Assembly: GCA_963977445.1 (NCBI GenBank)
Contig: CAXBPH010000140.1
Span: 1-17,622, forward strand
Direction of reading: 5' to 3'
Length of the DNA: 17,622 bases
DNA from: an uncultured bacterium
Lineage (GTDB): Bacteria; Hydrogenedentota; Hydrogenedentia; Hydrogenedentales; JAEUWI01
Shown: positions 1 through 8,013 of the stretch, piece after piece
Layout: each line of letters begins with the position of its first letter
How positions within the stretch are numbered: the first letter of the stretch is position 1
Made by a program: the position numbers and the translations under genes
Notes under the pieces: model-generated
Databases searched by the model: none
Seen by the model: only the letters and a program-made list of their open reading frames with translations
Told to the model about the DNA's origin: nothing

Positions 1-17
1 TCGTTACCGAGGGCGAC

Positions 18-1577
18 ATGCCCAGCGACGTTACGCCCCGGAACGAGGTGAAGGACAAGACCCTTGACCTGTTTAAACTGTCGTCGGAACCGATTGGGGA
101 TGATACCACTACCACGCTCCACGAAGGGCGACCCCAATCCGTCACCGAACTGGTCGAACTCTTCAACCTTGCCCGCCGCCTCAGCCGTGCCACGAGCCGC
201 GCAGATTTGTCCGCCCAGGTGCTTGCCCATCTGGCCGAAGCCGATGGACTGCCCCATGCGGCCATCGCACTGGTCGCCAATCAGGATTCACGGGTATATT
301 GGGCCCCTGACCTTGCGGAGTCCGACCCCGCTTTCAGCACGGTCCTGGCACAGGTCACGGAGAAAAAAAAGGGCCTTATTCTTTGGGTGCAGCATGGGGA
401 AGGTGGCGAAAAGCGGCGCGATGCCATCATGGCCGCCCCCCTGGTCGCAGGCGGCACCTGTTACGGTGCCCTCATCAGCCGACCTCCCCATGGGCATCTT
501 GCTTTTGGCGAAGGCAATCTGAATCGCCTCCTCTCGGTGGCCCAGATGGTCGCGCCCTACTACAAGACCGTCGCCCACGTCGCCCGCCTCGAAAATACCG
601 TGGCCCAGCTCGACGACCGGGCCGGTGAACGCGGCCCCCTCGTCGGGAAGAGCCGGGCGCTCCGCAGCGTCCGCACCCTGATTCGCGATATCGCTCCCAC
701 CGAGCTCAATATTCTCCTCACCGGAGAAACGGGTACGGGCAAAGAAATTGCCGCCAAAATGATTCATGAGGGCTCCCCGCGCGCCAAGGGACCCTACATC
801 GCTATCAATTGCGCCGCCCTTCCCGACCAACTTTTCGAAAGCGAAATGTTTGGCCACGAAAAAGGGGCCTTCACCAATGCCGACAAAAAACGCAAAGGCC
901 GCTTTGCCCTTGCCGATGGAGGCACCCTCTTCCTCGACGAAATCGGCGAGCTCTCCCTCGAAAACCAGGCCCGCCTCCTCCGTGTCCTCGAATCCGGCCA
1001 ATTTAATCCCGTCGGCTCCGAAGTCGAATCCCACGTCGACGTCCGCGTCGTCGCCGCCACCAACCGCGACCTCAAGCGCGCCATCAAAGACGGCCGCTTC
1101 CGCCGCGACCTCTACCACCGCCTCTGCAGCGTCGAAATCGCCCTGCCCGCCCTCCGCCAACGGCCCAGCGACATCCCTCTCCTCGCCCAACACTTCGCCC
1201 ACGAACTCACCAGCGCCAAAAACGGCGACCAACCCAGCCTCACCGACGATGCCCTCGCCTACCTCCAGGCCCTCCCCTGGACCGGCAACGTCCGCGAACT
1301 CCGCAACGCCATCGAGCGTGCCACCGCCCTCGCCAAAGCCCCCCAAATCACCCCCCGCGACTTCACCTTCCTCAACGGCCTCCTCGACAGCAATCCCGAC
1401 AGCGACCTAGACGACCCCAACGGCGACACCCACCAAACCCTCGCCGAAGTCGAACGCAACCACATCACCCACGTCCTCGAGCAATGCAACTACAACGTGA
1501 GCAAAGCCGCGAAGATTCTCGGCGTTCACCGGAACACGCTGCACAACAAGATCGCGGCGTATGGTATTGGCGGGTAG
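18..1577 (+). CDS. Sigma54-dependent transcriptional activator (bEBP): GAF-like sensor, AAA+ domain, Fis-type HTH
   Basis: Walker A GETGTGKE, INCAAL, ESEMFGHEKGAFTNA, Walker B LFLDEIGEL, VAATNRDL, FRRDLYHRL, WTGNVRELRN and C-terminal NVSKAAKILGVHRNTLHNKI. The N-terminal part has GAF-like IMAAPLVAGGTCYGAL. The frame is open to the window edge, so the true start may lie upstream. Confidence 0.95.
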   Translation: MPSDVTPRNEVKDKTLDLFKLSSEPIGDDTTTTLHEGRPQSVTELVELFNLARRLSRATSRADLSAQVLAHLAEADGLPHAAIALVANQDSRVYWAPDLAESDPAFSTVLAQVTEKKKGLILWVQHGEGGEKRRDAIMAAPLVAGGTCYGALISRPPHGHLAFGEGNLNRLLSVAQMVAPYYKTVAHVARLENTVAQLDDRAGERGPLVGKSRALRSVRTLIRDIAPTELNILLTGETGTGKEIAAKMIHEGSPRAKGPYIAINCAALPDQLFESEMFGHEKGAFTNADKKRKGRFALADGGTLFLDEIGELSLENQARLLRVLESGQFNPVGSEVESHVDVRVVAATNRDLKRAIKDGRFRRDLYHRLCSVEIALPALRQRPSDIPLLAQHFAHELTSAKNGDQPSLTDDALAYLQALPWTGNVRELRNAIERATALAKAPQITPRDFTFLNGLLDSNPDSDLDDPNGDTHQTLAEVERNHITHVLEQCNYNVSKAAKILGVHRNTLHNKIAAYGIGG

Positions 1578-1790
1578 GGATTGCACTGGGTTTGTGCAGT
1601 ATAGGTGCATGAATTAAGGGTATTCGTTACATCACGAAGCCCCCGAGGATTCCTTAGAAGATTGCTTAAGGCGCTCTCTGTGACCGTCAATTCCCTTAAA
1701 AATTCTCCATTCAGAATTCACCATTCCCAATTCGCCCCGCCGGATTACGCTGCACAACAAGATTGCGACCTATGGGATTGGCGGGTAGGG
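1529..1790 (+). repeat. Imperfect 51-bp direct repeat of the activator gene's 3' end (1529-1579 and 1740-1790)
   Basis: ccggaacacgctgcacaacaagatcgcggcgtatggtattggcgggtaggg vs ccggattacgctgcacaacaagattgcgacctatgggattggcgggtaggg; 45/51 identical, and both include the TAG stop. Confidence 0.9.
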
Positions 1791-1913
1791 GGTTCTGAAA
1801 GCAATCAGGCATCCCAATTTAGATTTTCTATACTGAACTAATCGACGTTGATACTTCGTGTCAGCCGAGATCTCACTAATCCCCTTCCTGTGTGGCGTAC
1901 GGAGAGTCATGAC

Positions 1914-1954
1914 TGCCCACAAATTGTGCACAGGAGTTGCGCAATTTGCGGGCA
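1914..1954. promoter_or_regulatory. Inverted repeat; candidate upstream activator sequence (enhancer) for a sigma54 bEBP
   Basis: TGCCCACAAATTGTGCA-caggagt-TGCGCAATTTGCGGGCA; arms match 15/17. It lies about 120-160 bp upstream of the -24/-12 element. Confidence 0.65.
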
Positions 1955-2073
1955 CCGGCTTCTCAAGAACAGTAGCGTAAAATTCGGCATGTATCAATCA
2001 AAACGAGATTATTTAACTAAGTTTACTTCCCACAGGCTTTACTGGAGGACGTCAAAACGAGGTGTTCGATACG

Positions 2074-2089
2074 TGGCACGTTGCTTGCT
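2074..2089 (+). promoter_or_regulatory. Sigma54 (RpoN) -24/-12 promoter
   Basis: TGGCACG-TTGC-TTGCT matches the consensus TGGCACG-N4-TTGC(A/T) exactly. It is 75 bp upstream of the next CDS and next to a bEBP gene. Confidence 0.85.
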
Positions 2090-2163
2090 TTGTATAACAC
2101 CAGGGCGAACGACAAGATGCGCCTTGTTGGTGAGGTAGTCACTTGAAAGGATTAAGCTAGATC

Positions 2164-4053
2164 ATGATACCTATGCCCATGAAACGAGTTATACATCTAG
2201 GGATTGGGGCGATTTTATTTTCCGGGTGTGCCGGAAAGACCCATCTGGATAAAGTTGCAACTAGTATAGCGAAATACGGTTCGATGACCGTGTCGGCCCC
2301 AATTCTCCTAGACGTGGAGCAGGCCGATACCTTCAGTTTCGACCTCGATAAGTCTGCCACGTTCTATTTTGACGCCCCCCGCGTGGAAGGCGCGGTGCGG
2401 CTATTTACACAGCGCTCGGTTGATATTCAAGTCGCCACGAAGATCCAACTGGAAGAGCTTGCCAGGGCCATAGCAACATTGAATTCCGCACCAACACCGG
2501 CTGCGGCGGACGCAGCAAAGAGTCAAATTACCAAAATAGCGACAACGCTGGGCGCACTGAACCAATTTGCCCCGGGCGGCGCAGGTGCGGCGGGGATCAT
2601 GGCGGACCCTGCTTTGCAGGCCGGCATGAGTTTTCTCATGGATTCCTTGGAGATGCAAGGAGAATCCGCCCAAGCGACCAAGGAAGCCGAAGGGGCCCCG
2701 CCCGAAACGCTGGAAGAAGCAACCGGCGGTGAGCAGGGGGAATTCTTGAGCGTGCTTCCCTTCTCATCTCGACCGGCTCAGGGGGTTCTGAATAGCGAGA
2801 AGTTCACCGACCCCTTGGAACGTTTTTCCGGTCAAGTCTCCATATCGCCGAGACAAGCCCTGAATCTGGCCGCAAATGACAAAATGACGCAGGATCTCTT
2901 GAAGATTCTTGCGAAACCGGAAGGGTTTGGGAACAACAAGAAAGTCTACTTCTGCATCATGACAGTGGCCTGTCAGCCAGGATACGTAACGCGCACAGGT
3001 TATGCCGGCGACGTGTTGGTCTCCATGGAGTATGGGCGTTCCATCGTCTCGGATGATTTGCAGGAGCTCTTCAAGGACTTATCCGGCCTCACCGTTCTTG
3101 CGGAAGGTATGGGGAAGTCAGGTCAAGCTGCCGAGGAGCTGAAACGTCTGGTGGACCGGTATAAGGCCCGTCTTGAAAAACTACCGGAAACAATCTCCGG
3201 AATGGACGGTGTTGAACCAAAGCAGGAGGCATCATACGATATTTTTTTATCGGAGCAATCGGCTCTCATCCAAGAGCTTGAACGTGAGTCAAGCGATAAA
3301 AGAGTCGAAGAAATAGCTAAGTTAGGTCTAAATTCGATTCCAGAACCGCCATCTTCGGACTTCGAGTCAATGGCGCGCCAGGCCTATGACCGTTCTATGT
3401 TCGAAGATCTTAGGTCCAATGATTCTATACCCACGGGCCAAAAGATCAATGAGGCAGCGATGCGAGTGCGTTCGAATCTGTATGCATCCTTCGGAGAATC
3501 CGTTTCCGCGCTACTCAAATCGTTGCGAGGGATGCTGGCTTCACCGACGGGCGGAGGGCTTGTTGCTAGTCAGACATGGCGGCAGAGAAACGTATCCTCT
3601 CATTCCAGCAATGTCCCGTCAATGTACGAATCAGACAAGAAAGAAGACGATTCGAACAGGAGCACTGCGAAAAAATTCTCCTACGAAGACTCATTCTCGC
3701 GTCCACTCGTCACGGGGGTTTACCCGATGGTAGATGGTCAAGTGCTGGACCTTCGTTCTAGCCTACGAGAGCAGATGGCGATGGCTTCCGCGTTGGCGTT
3801 GGCGGGATTCGGAGTTCAGTCGGAGTCCTTTCTAGACAAAGTCGAGCGAATCGAGCAGGATGCCCTCCGTCGGCAGTTCTTACAGTGCGAATGGCTACAA
3901 CTTCGGATTCCGCGTCGAGCCGCGGTTTGCGGCCTTGGACAACCCGGCATCTTCTCGCGCGCGCCCGGGGTATCGCTTGGAATCCATCCAATTTCCCGCG
4001 ATGGTCCTGATATTCGCGGACAAGCAGGCCCTCGCACCCGAAATCGGTGGTGA
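2164..4053 (+). CDS. Hypothetical lipoprotein, N-terminal part of a probably frameshifted ~920-aa gene
   Basis: Signal peptide MKRVIHLGIGAILFSG-C with a lipobox-like Cys (start at 2164, 2173 or 2179). The long ORF has helical/coiled segments. The last ~60 aa, after EQDA, look out-of-frame and overlap the next ORF by 194 bp. Confidence 0.7.
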   Translation: MIPMPMKRVIHLGIGAILFSGCAGKTHLDKVATSIAKYGSMTVSAPILLDVEQADTFSFDLDKSATFYFDAPRVEGAVRLFTQRSVDIQVATKIQLEELARAIATLNSAPTPAAADAAKSQITKIATTLGALNQFAPGGAGAAGIMADPALQAGMSFLMDSLEMQGESAQATKEAEGAPPETLEEATGGEQGEFLSVLPFSSRPAQGVLNSEKFTDPLERFSGQVSISPRQALNLAANDKMTQDLLKILAKPEGFGNNKKVYFCIMTVACQPGYVTRTGYAGDVLVSMEYGRSIVSDDLQELFKDLSGLTVLAEGMGKSGQAAEELKRLVDRYKARLEKLPETISGMDGVEPKQEASYDIFLSEQSALIQELERESSDKRVEEIAKLGLNSIPEPPSSDFESMARQAYDRSMFEDLRSNDSIPTGQKINEAAMRVRSNLYASFGESVSALLKSLRGMLASPTGGGLVASQTWRQRNVSSHSSNVPSMYESDKKEDDSNRSTAKKFSYEDSFSRPLVTGVYPMVDGQVLDLRSSLREQMAMASALALAGFGVQSESFLDKVERIEQDALRRQFLQCEWLQLRIPRRAAVCGLGQPGIFSRAPGVSLGIHPISRDGPDIRGQAGPRTRNRW

Positions 4054-4933
4054 TGGCGGCGAATATGACCACATTGTGTTCCATGCCGAACAGCGGTGGA
4101 CACCTATTGTCGATTATGGTAGCGCCAATCCATTTTCAGTTCGGGGTGTGCTCGACAAGAGGGCAAAAAATTTGTTCGTGAAGCCATACAAGTCCGAGCA
4201 TGCCATGCTAAAACGCGCCCAGTATCTCGATGATCTCAAATTCGCACTGGAAGACCCAGATTCCCCTCAAGCAGACGAGTATGCGGATTACATGATCGAT
4301 GGTGAAGAAGATGATGGCAGGAGGTTTGGCGAACTTGTCCATAGCACGCTATACCGCCGTCGGGCGGCCCTGGCGGCGACGGGGCTGGGTAGCAGCATTT
4401 TCGTGAAGCTTCCGTCCTATCCAAGTCCGAAGCGCAATGAATTTGAAGTGACAACGAAGGAAGCAGATTTTCGTGGCTGGAAGAATGCGGTCAGCGTATT
4501 TCCGATTCAGGGGAAGGGTTTTACGGAAAAGAATATCCTGGGAGCCGTGGTTGGCGGCCGAGATGCCAGTGTCAGAGTCTTAGGTGTTGGCGCGGCGGCC
4601 ATCGTGGTGGACAAGTGGGGAACCGACACGCAGACTGCGTCGCCAGTGCAGGTCCAGCTAATTACAAGCAAGGGTGTGGAATACCTGGGAACCGCAGCAT
4701 TTGATAGTGAGTTTAAGACTGAAAAGCCAGATGTGCCCCCCCGTGTAAATCTAGAACGAGACCTTTCTGGGCGTGTCACTGGAATTAGCACCCAAGGGAA
4801 GTGGAGTGATGCCACAACCCTGTTGGAAGCCTTGGACGGAGTCTTGAAGGCGGACAGGGCATATGACTCCTCGGGGCTCAACATGACGATATCCGGTGGG
4901 AAGCTCGACATATCGAGTGATCAGAATCCCTAA
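3860..4933 (+). CDS. Hypothetical protein, likely C-terminal continuation of the lipoprotein; contains an IPT/TIG-like beta-rich segment
   Basis: The frame is open from 3836 (after TAG at 3833-3835) and has no convincing RBS. The segment FPIQGKGFTEKNILGAVVGG...VQVQLITSKG resembles Ig-like IPT/TIG folds. Confidence 0.65.
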   Translation: MPSVGSSYSANGYNFGFRVEPRFAALDNPASSRARPGYRLESIQFPAMVLIFADKQALAPEIGGDGGEYDHIVFHAEQRWTPIVDYGSANPFSVRGVLDKRAKNLFVKPYKSEHAMLKRAQYLDDLKFALEDPDSPQADEYADYMIDGEEDDGRRFGELVHSTLYRRRAALAATGLGSSIFVKLPSYPSPKRNEFEVTTKEADFRGWKNAVSVFPIQGKGFTEKNILGAVVGGRDASVRVLGVGAAAIVVDKWGTDTQTASPVQVQLITSKGVEYLGTAAFDSEFKTEKPDVPPRVNLERDLSGRVTGISTQGKWSDATTLLEALDGVLKADRAYDSSGLNMTISGGKLDISSDQNP

Positions 4934-5090
4934 ACTCACAATCTGGAGTGATTAACTAATATTCGGATTTTCAAGCTTCATCGGACAGTGAGAAGAGAGC
5001 AAATGTCGAGCTGATGGAAGCACGACAGCTTGGCGAGAACGCCTGCCAATATCATTGAACTAAGTGACGGAATCGATAGGAGGAGAACAA

Positions 5091-5879
5091 ATGGCCGGTT
5101 CGATGGTCTATCGCACTAGGGCGGGAAGTGCAACAGGAGCAAATACGGTGTTGCTCATGTCGGCAATGGAGAAGATTCAATCTAGGCTTGATAACAACAG
5201 TTTTAATTGGGTCGCTGGACTTCACGGTCGTCCGGATTGGTACTGCTGGCATCATCAACGGAATCCACGCTTTCCAGACACACGGGCTCAACTGTTCCTT
5301 CCCTGGCACCGTGCCTACCTTCATCAGTTGGAACTGACACTGCAAGACAGCGAGGAGAACGCCGCCCTTACTTATTGGGACTGGACCAGAGACGATGAAA
5401 TACCTGAATCACACTCGCGACAAAATGTGGATTCAAAACCCAATCCACTCTACCGCTACCGCATGAGGCTGGCTGCCACTGCAATGCAGTCCGCAGTCAA
5501 CCGATACACGGTGCGGCGCTCTGGCATGGATAACTTCGTACGATTGCCCACTCGCGACGAAGTCGTCAGGCTACTAGAGGAGCAGGACTGGAGTCGGTTT
5601 TCCGATGCGCTTCAAGGATTACACGATGATGTGCATGTATGGGTTGGTGGCGACATGGGCAACCCGGCGTTTGCCGGATTCGATCCGGTATTCTACGCCC
5701 ATCACTGTATGATAGATCGCGTGTGGTTCCTGTGGCAGCAACGACATGGAAACGGAAACATACCGCCGTCTCTTCTGGACATGAAGATGGAACCATTTGC
5801 TCTAACCGTAAGAGATGTGATGGATGTGCAATCGTTGGGTTACGAATATGCAGCAACAGCAACGCCCCTCCCAGTCTAA
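5091..5879 (+). CDS. Tyrosinase family (type-3 binuclear copper) protein
   Basis: CuA site LHG...YCWHH...LFLPWHRAYL, YWDW, and CuB site LHDDVHVWVGGDM...AGFDPVFYAHHCMIDRVWFLWQ, with a C-terminal LGYEY motif. RBS AGGAGGAG precedes ATG 5091. Confidence 0.93.
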   Translation: MAGSMVYRTRAGSATGANTVLLMSAMEKIQSRLDNNSFNWVAGLHGRPDWYCWHHQRNPRFPDTRAQLFLPWHRAYLHQLELTLQDSEENAALTYWDWTRDDEIPESHSRQNVDSKPNPLYRYRMRLAATAMQSAVNRYTVRRSGMDNFVRLPTRDEVVRLLEEQDWSRFSDALQGLHDDVHVWVGGDMGNPAFAGFDPVFYAHHCMIDRVWFLWQQRHGNGNIPPSLLDMKMEPFALTVRDVMDVQSLGYEYAATATPLPV

Positions 5880-5890
5880 GGATCGCTACG

Positions 5891-6361
5891 ATGATTATAG
5901 AGAAACATGTTTTAGGCCCTATTCCACTACCCGGCAATGAGAACTTCGATGTCGCAGAACTTGAATTCTACGGCATCAATCATTTTCGTCCCAGCTATTC
6001 TACCCGGGTATTTCTTAACGACAAGAAGGTCAGTAAGGCAGTTTGCGATACCGATAGAGCAAGCTACGCGGGCGGTTTTTCCATCTTTGGGCATGCGACA
6101 TGTGCCGGTGATGTCGGACATTGTTGTGTGCCGTCCACGCAACGTCGCTTCGATACGCGGCCCTCGCATCCCTTGACCAAGGCTTTCAAGCGCATCGATA
6201 TAACGCAGGCCTTGATGCGAGTTATCGATGAAGGATCGGAGGAGCTCATAGTAACTGTTCTTGCTTCTTGCGAAGATGAGGAGTTTGAAGGCAAGAACTT
6301 GCTTGATTTACAGGGAGTGCAGTTGGTTACGCATGACTACTGTACGAGCGCGAGCTACTGA
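5891..6361 (+). CDS. Tyrosinase-associated protein resembling the tyrosinase/hemocyanin C-terminal beta-sandwich domain; His/Cys-rich
   Basis: ATG follows the tyrosinase stop after an 11-bp gap, with AAGGA upstream. Motifs SYSTRVFLN...YAGGFSIFGHATCAGDVGHCC. The ORF-track start at 5639 overlaps the tyrosinase and is unlikely. Confidence 0.7.
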   Translation: MIIEKHVLGPIPLPGNENFDVAELEFYGINHFRPSYSTRVFLNDKKVSKAVCDTDRASYAGGFSIFGHATCAGDVGHCCVPSTQRRFDTRPSHPLTKAFKRIDITQALMRVIDEGSEELIVTVLASCEDEEFEGKNLLDLQGVQLVTHDYCTSASY

Positions 6362-6420
6362 CAAAGTTCTACAAGGTTCTTGTTGCCCATTGAATTCAGC
6401 GACTACTTGAGGATGACAAC

Positions 6421-6903
6421 TTGACCGGTAACAACGAAGAACTATCGGGTCTCCGGAAAACGTGGAAATACAAGAGCGATTCTGAATCAGGCGCAATGGT
6501 CGAGGAAACTTCAATCGATAATGCTGACACAAAGAAATATAGCGTGTTGAGTAGCGGCCTTCTAGGTTTGCTTCCGACACTGGGAATTATCCTGATGCCA
6601 AAGTGTCCGGCATGTTTCGCAGGTTTGTTTGGTGTACTCGGCATTCTAGGGCTTTCCCTGTCGGACCTCTACACGACATTTGTGACGGTTCTCGTAACCG
6701 GTCTCATTATCACGGTTTTGTTTGCCTCGGTCGCTGGGGGCAGGGCTCAGGGGCTTCCGGTGTTCATGGGGCTCATTTTTTCTGTCGCCCTCATAATTGT
6801 CGGGCGGTTCGTGCTTTTCGAAGATGCACCAGTATACGCAGGCATGTTCATATTGTCTGGCGTAGGAACATGGAAAATGTGGTGCCGCGCGAAGAGATTT
6901 TGA
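6421..6903 (+). CDS. MerC-like small membrane protein with a CxxC motif
   Basis: About four hydrophobic helices and a PKCPAC motif in the first one. The start is uncertain (TTG 6421 or ATG 6496). Confidence 0.65.
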   Translation: MTGNNEELSGLRKTWKYKSDSESGAMVEETSIDNADTKKYSVLSSGLLGLLPTLGIILMPKCPACFAGLFGVLGILGLSLSDLYTTFVTVLVTGLIITVLFASVAGGRAQGLPVFMGLIFSVALIIVGRFVLFEDAPVYAGMFILSGVGTWKMWCRAKRF

Positions 6904-7002
6904 CAAATCAACAGGCGGATATCGAAGCTATTCAGCGGGAACTATGTGACGTAGTGGAGTCCTGTGAAGGGGTGGGGGTGCAGCCGAGTCGCAATAGCCA
7001 AC

Positions 7003-7854
7003 TCACTCATCGCCAGTCGCGCGGTCTGCAAGCTGTTCCAGCTCCCGCTTCTCCTTGATAGTCTGCTCTCTTGCTGACCGCTGGAAGTTCTCCAGCTTGA
7101 CTCGATTGAAGGCCTCGGGGTTGAGTTCACAATGATAGTAGTAATCTTGCATTCTCGCTTCCTTTTCGTTTTTCTCCTTTTCTCGGTCTGATTTTTCTTT
7201 GTACCCAAGCATCTTTCGAAGCTTCTCTACACCCACGTAGATCGAGTAGAGAGCACAGAGAGTTCCGAATAGAGGACTGGCAAGCCCAAATACGGCAATC
7301 GCCAATGGCACACCGGCGAGCCATGCTAGCGCGAGAAGCCAACCCACCCTCAAAGATCTGGACATTTCGGCTGTCTCCAGTTTCAGTTCTACGATGGTTG
7401 TAAATGGAATCCCATCGTAGATTTCAAGAAGTTGCCTCTGCGATATCGGTGGAATTGGCAAAGGAGGACTTTTGAAGCCCCGCCAGTGGAGCTTGAGGCC
7501 GTCATCTGTTGGGAGGCCCAAGAGGTAGGAACGAGCTGGGTCCCCATGTGCACGAACGGCGGTGTCTGTATCGTCAAAGGCCATGACATGAACTGGCACT
7601 GGATAGCGCTTCAACCAGTCTCGGCACTCATACTCCATAAAATCAACTATCTCAGCATCGCCTGGGAGGTCCACGAATGTCAGACTTAAGATTGCAAGTC
7701 CGTCGGTCGCACGCGCAGGTGTATATTCGATGAAGTAGGTATCCCGATTCTCTTTCAAGGACTGAAAGATGATCTTATTGTCAGCAGAAACTTCTGCTGA
7801 ATTGGTGGTTTCACCGGCTGGTTCTGGATTGGGGTCTGTGGGTTCCATATTCAC
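7003..7854 (-). CDS. Hypothetical membrane-anchored protein
   Basis: 283-aa ORF with a soluble N-terminal domain, a hydrophobic hairpin (VGWLLALAWLAGVPLAIAVFGLASPLFGTLCALYSIYVGV) and a charged helical tail. Start is GTG 7854 or ATG 7848. Confidence 0.75.
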   Translation of the reverse strand: MNMEPTDPNPEPAGETTNSAEVSADNKIIFQSLKENRDTYFIEYTPARATDGLAILSLTFVDLPGDAEIVDFMEYECRDWLKRYPVPVHVMAFDDTDTAVRAHGDPARSYLLGLPTDDGLKLHWRGFKSPPLPIPPISQRQLLEIYDGIPFTTIVELKLETAEMSRSLRVGWLLALAWLAGVPLAIAVFGLASPLFGTLCALYSIYVGVEKLRKMLGYKEKSDREKEKNEKEARMQDYYYHCELNPEAFNRVKLENFQRSAREQTIKEKRELEQLADRATGDE

Positions 7855-8013
7855 TCTCGCGAAGTTGGGTCGCTGTATTGGCTAGTATTCATACACCGCT
7901 AGCCGCATTTGTATTCAATACATAGCCCTATAGATTGGAAACCAGACCTTTTGAGTTGAGATGTACTCACCGTTGTTGGCCTATTCGGTGCACGTCTGTG
8001 GTGCCCTTTCCCA

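Noticed and set aside
288..1346. 352-aa minus-strand ORF (and 766-1410 on the plus strand)
   Set aside because: Shadow frames of the GC-rich activator gene, with low-complexity translations.
1529..1790. Diversity-generating retroelement VR/TR pair
   Set aside because: Mismatches are not adenine-specific, the repeat is only 51 bp, and there is no reverse transcriptase in the window.
5030..5047. Second sigma54 promoter before the tyrosinase (TGGC...TGC)
   Set aside because: GG-to-GC spacing is 11 nt rather than the required 10, and the match is poor.
5639..5890. N-terminal extension of the tyrosinase partner ORF
   Set aside because: It overlaps the conserved CuB region of the tyrosinase; ATG 5891 with an RBS is the better start.
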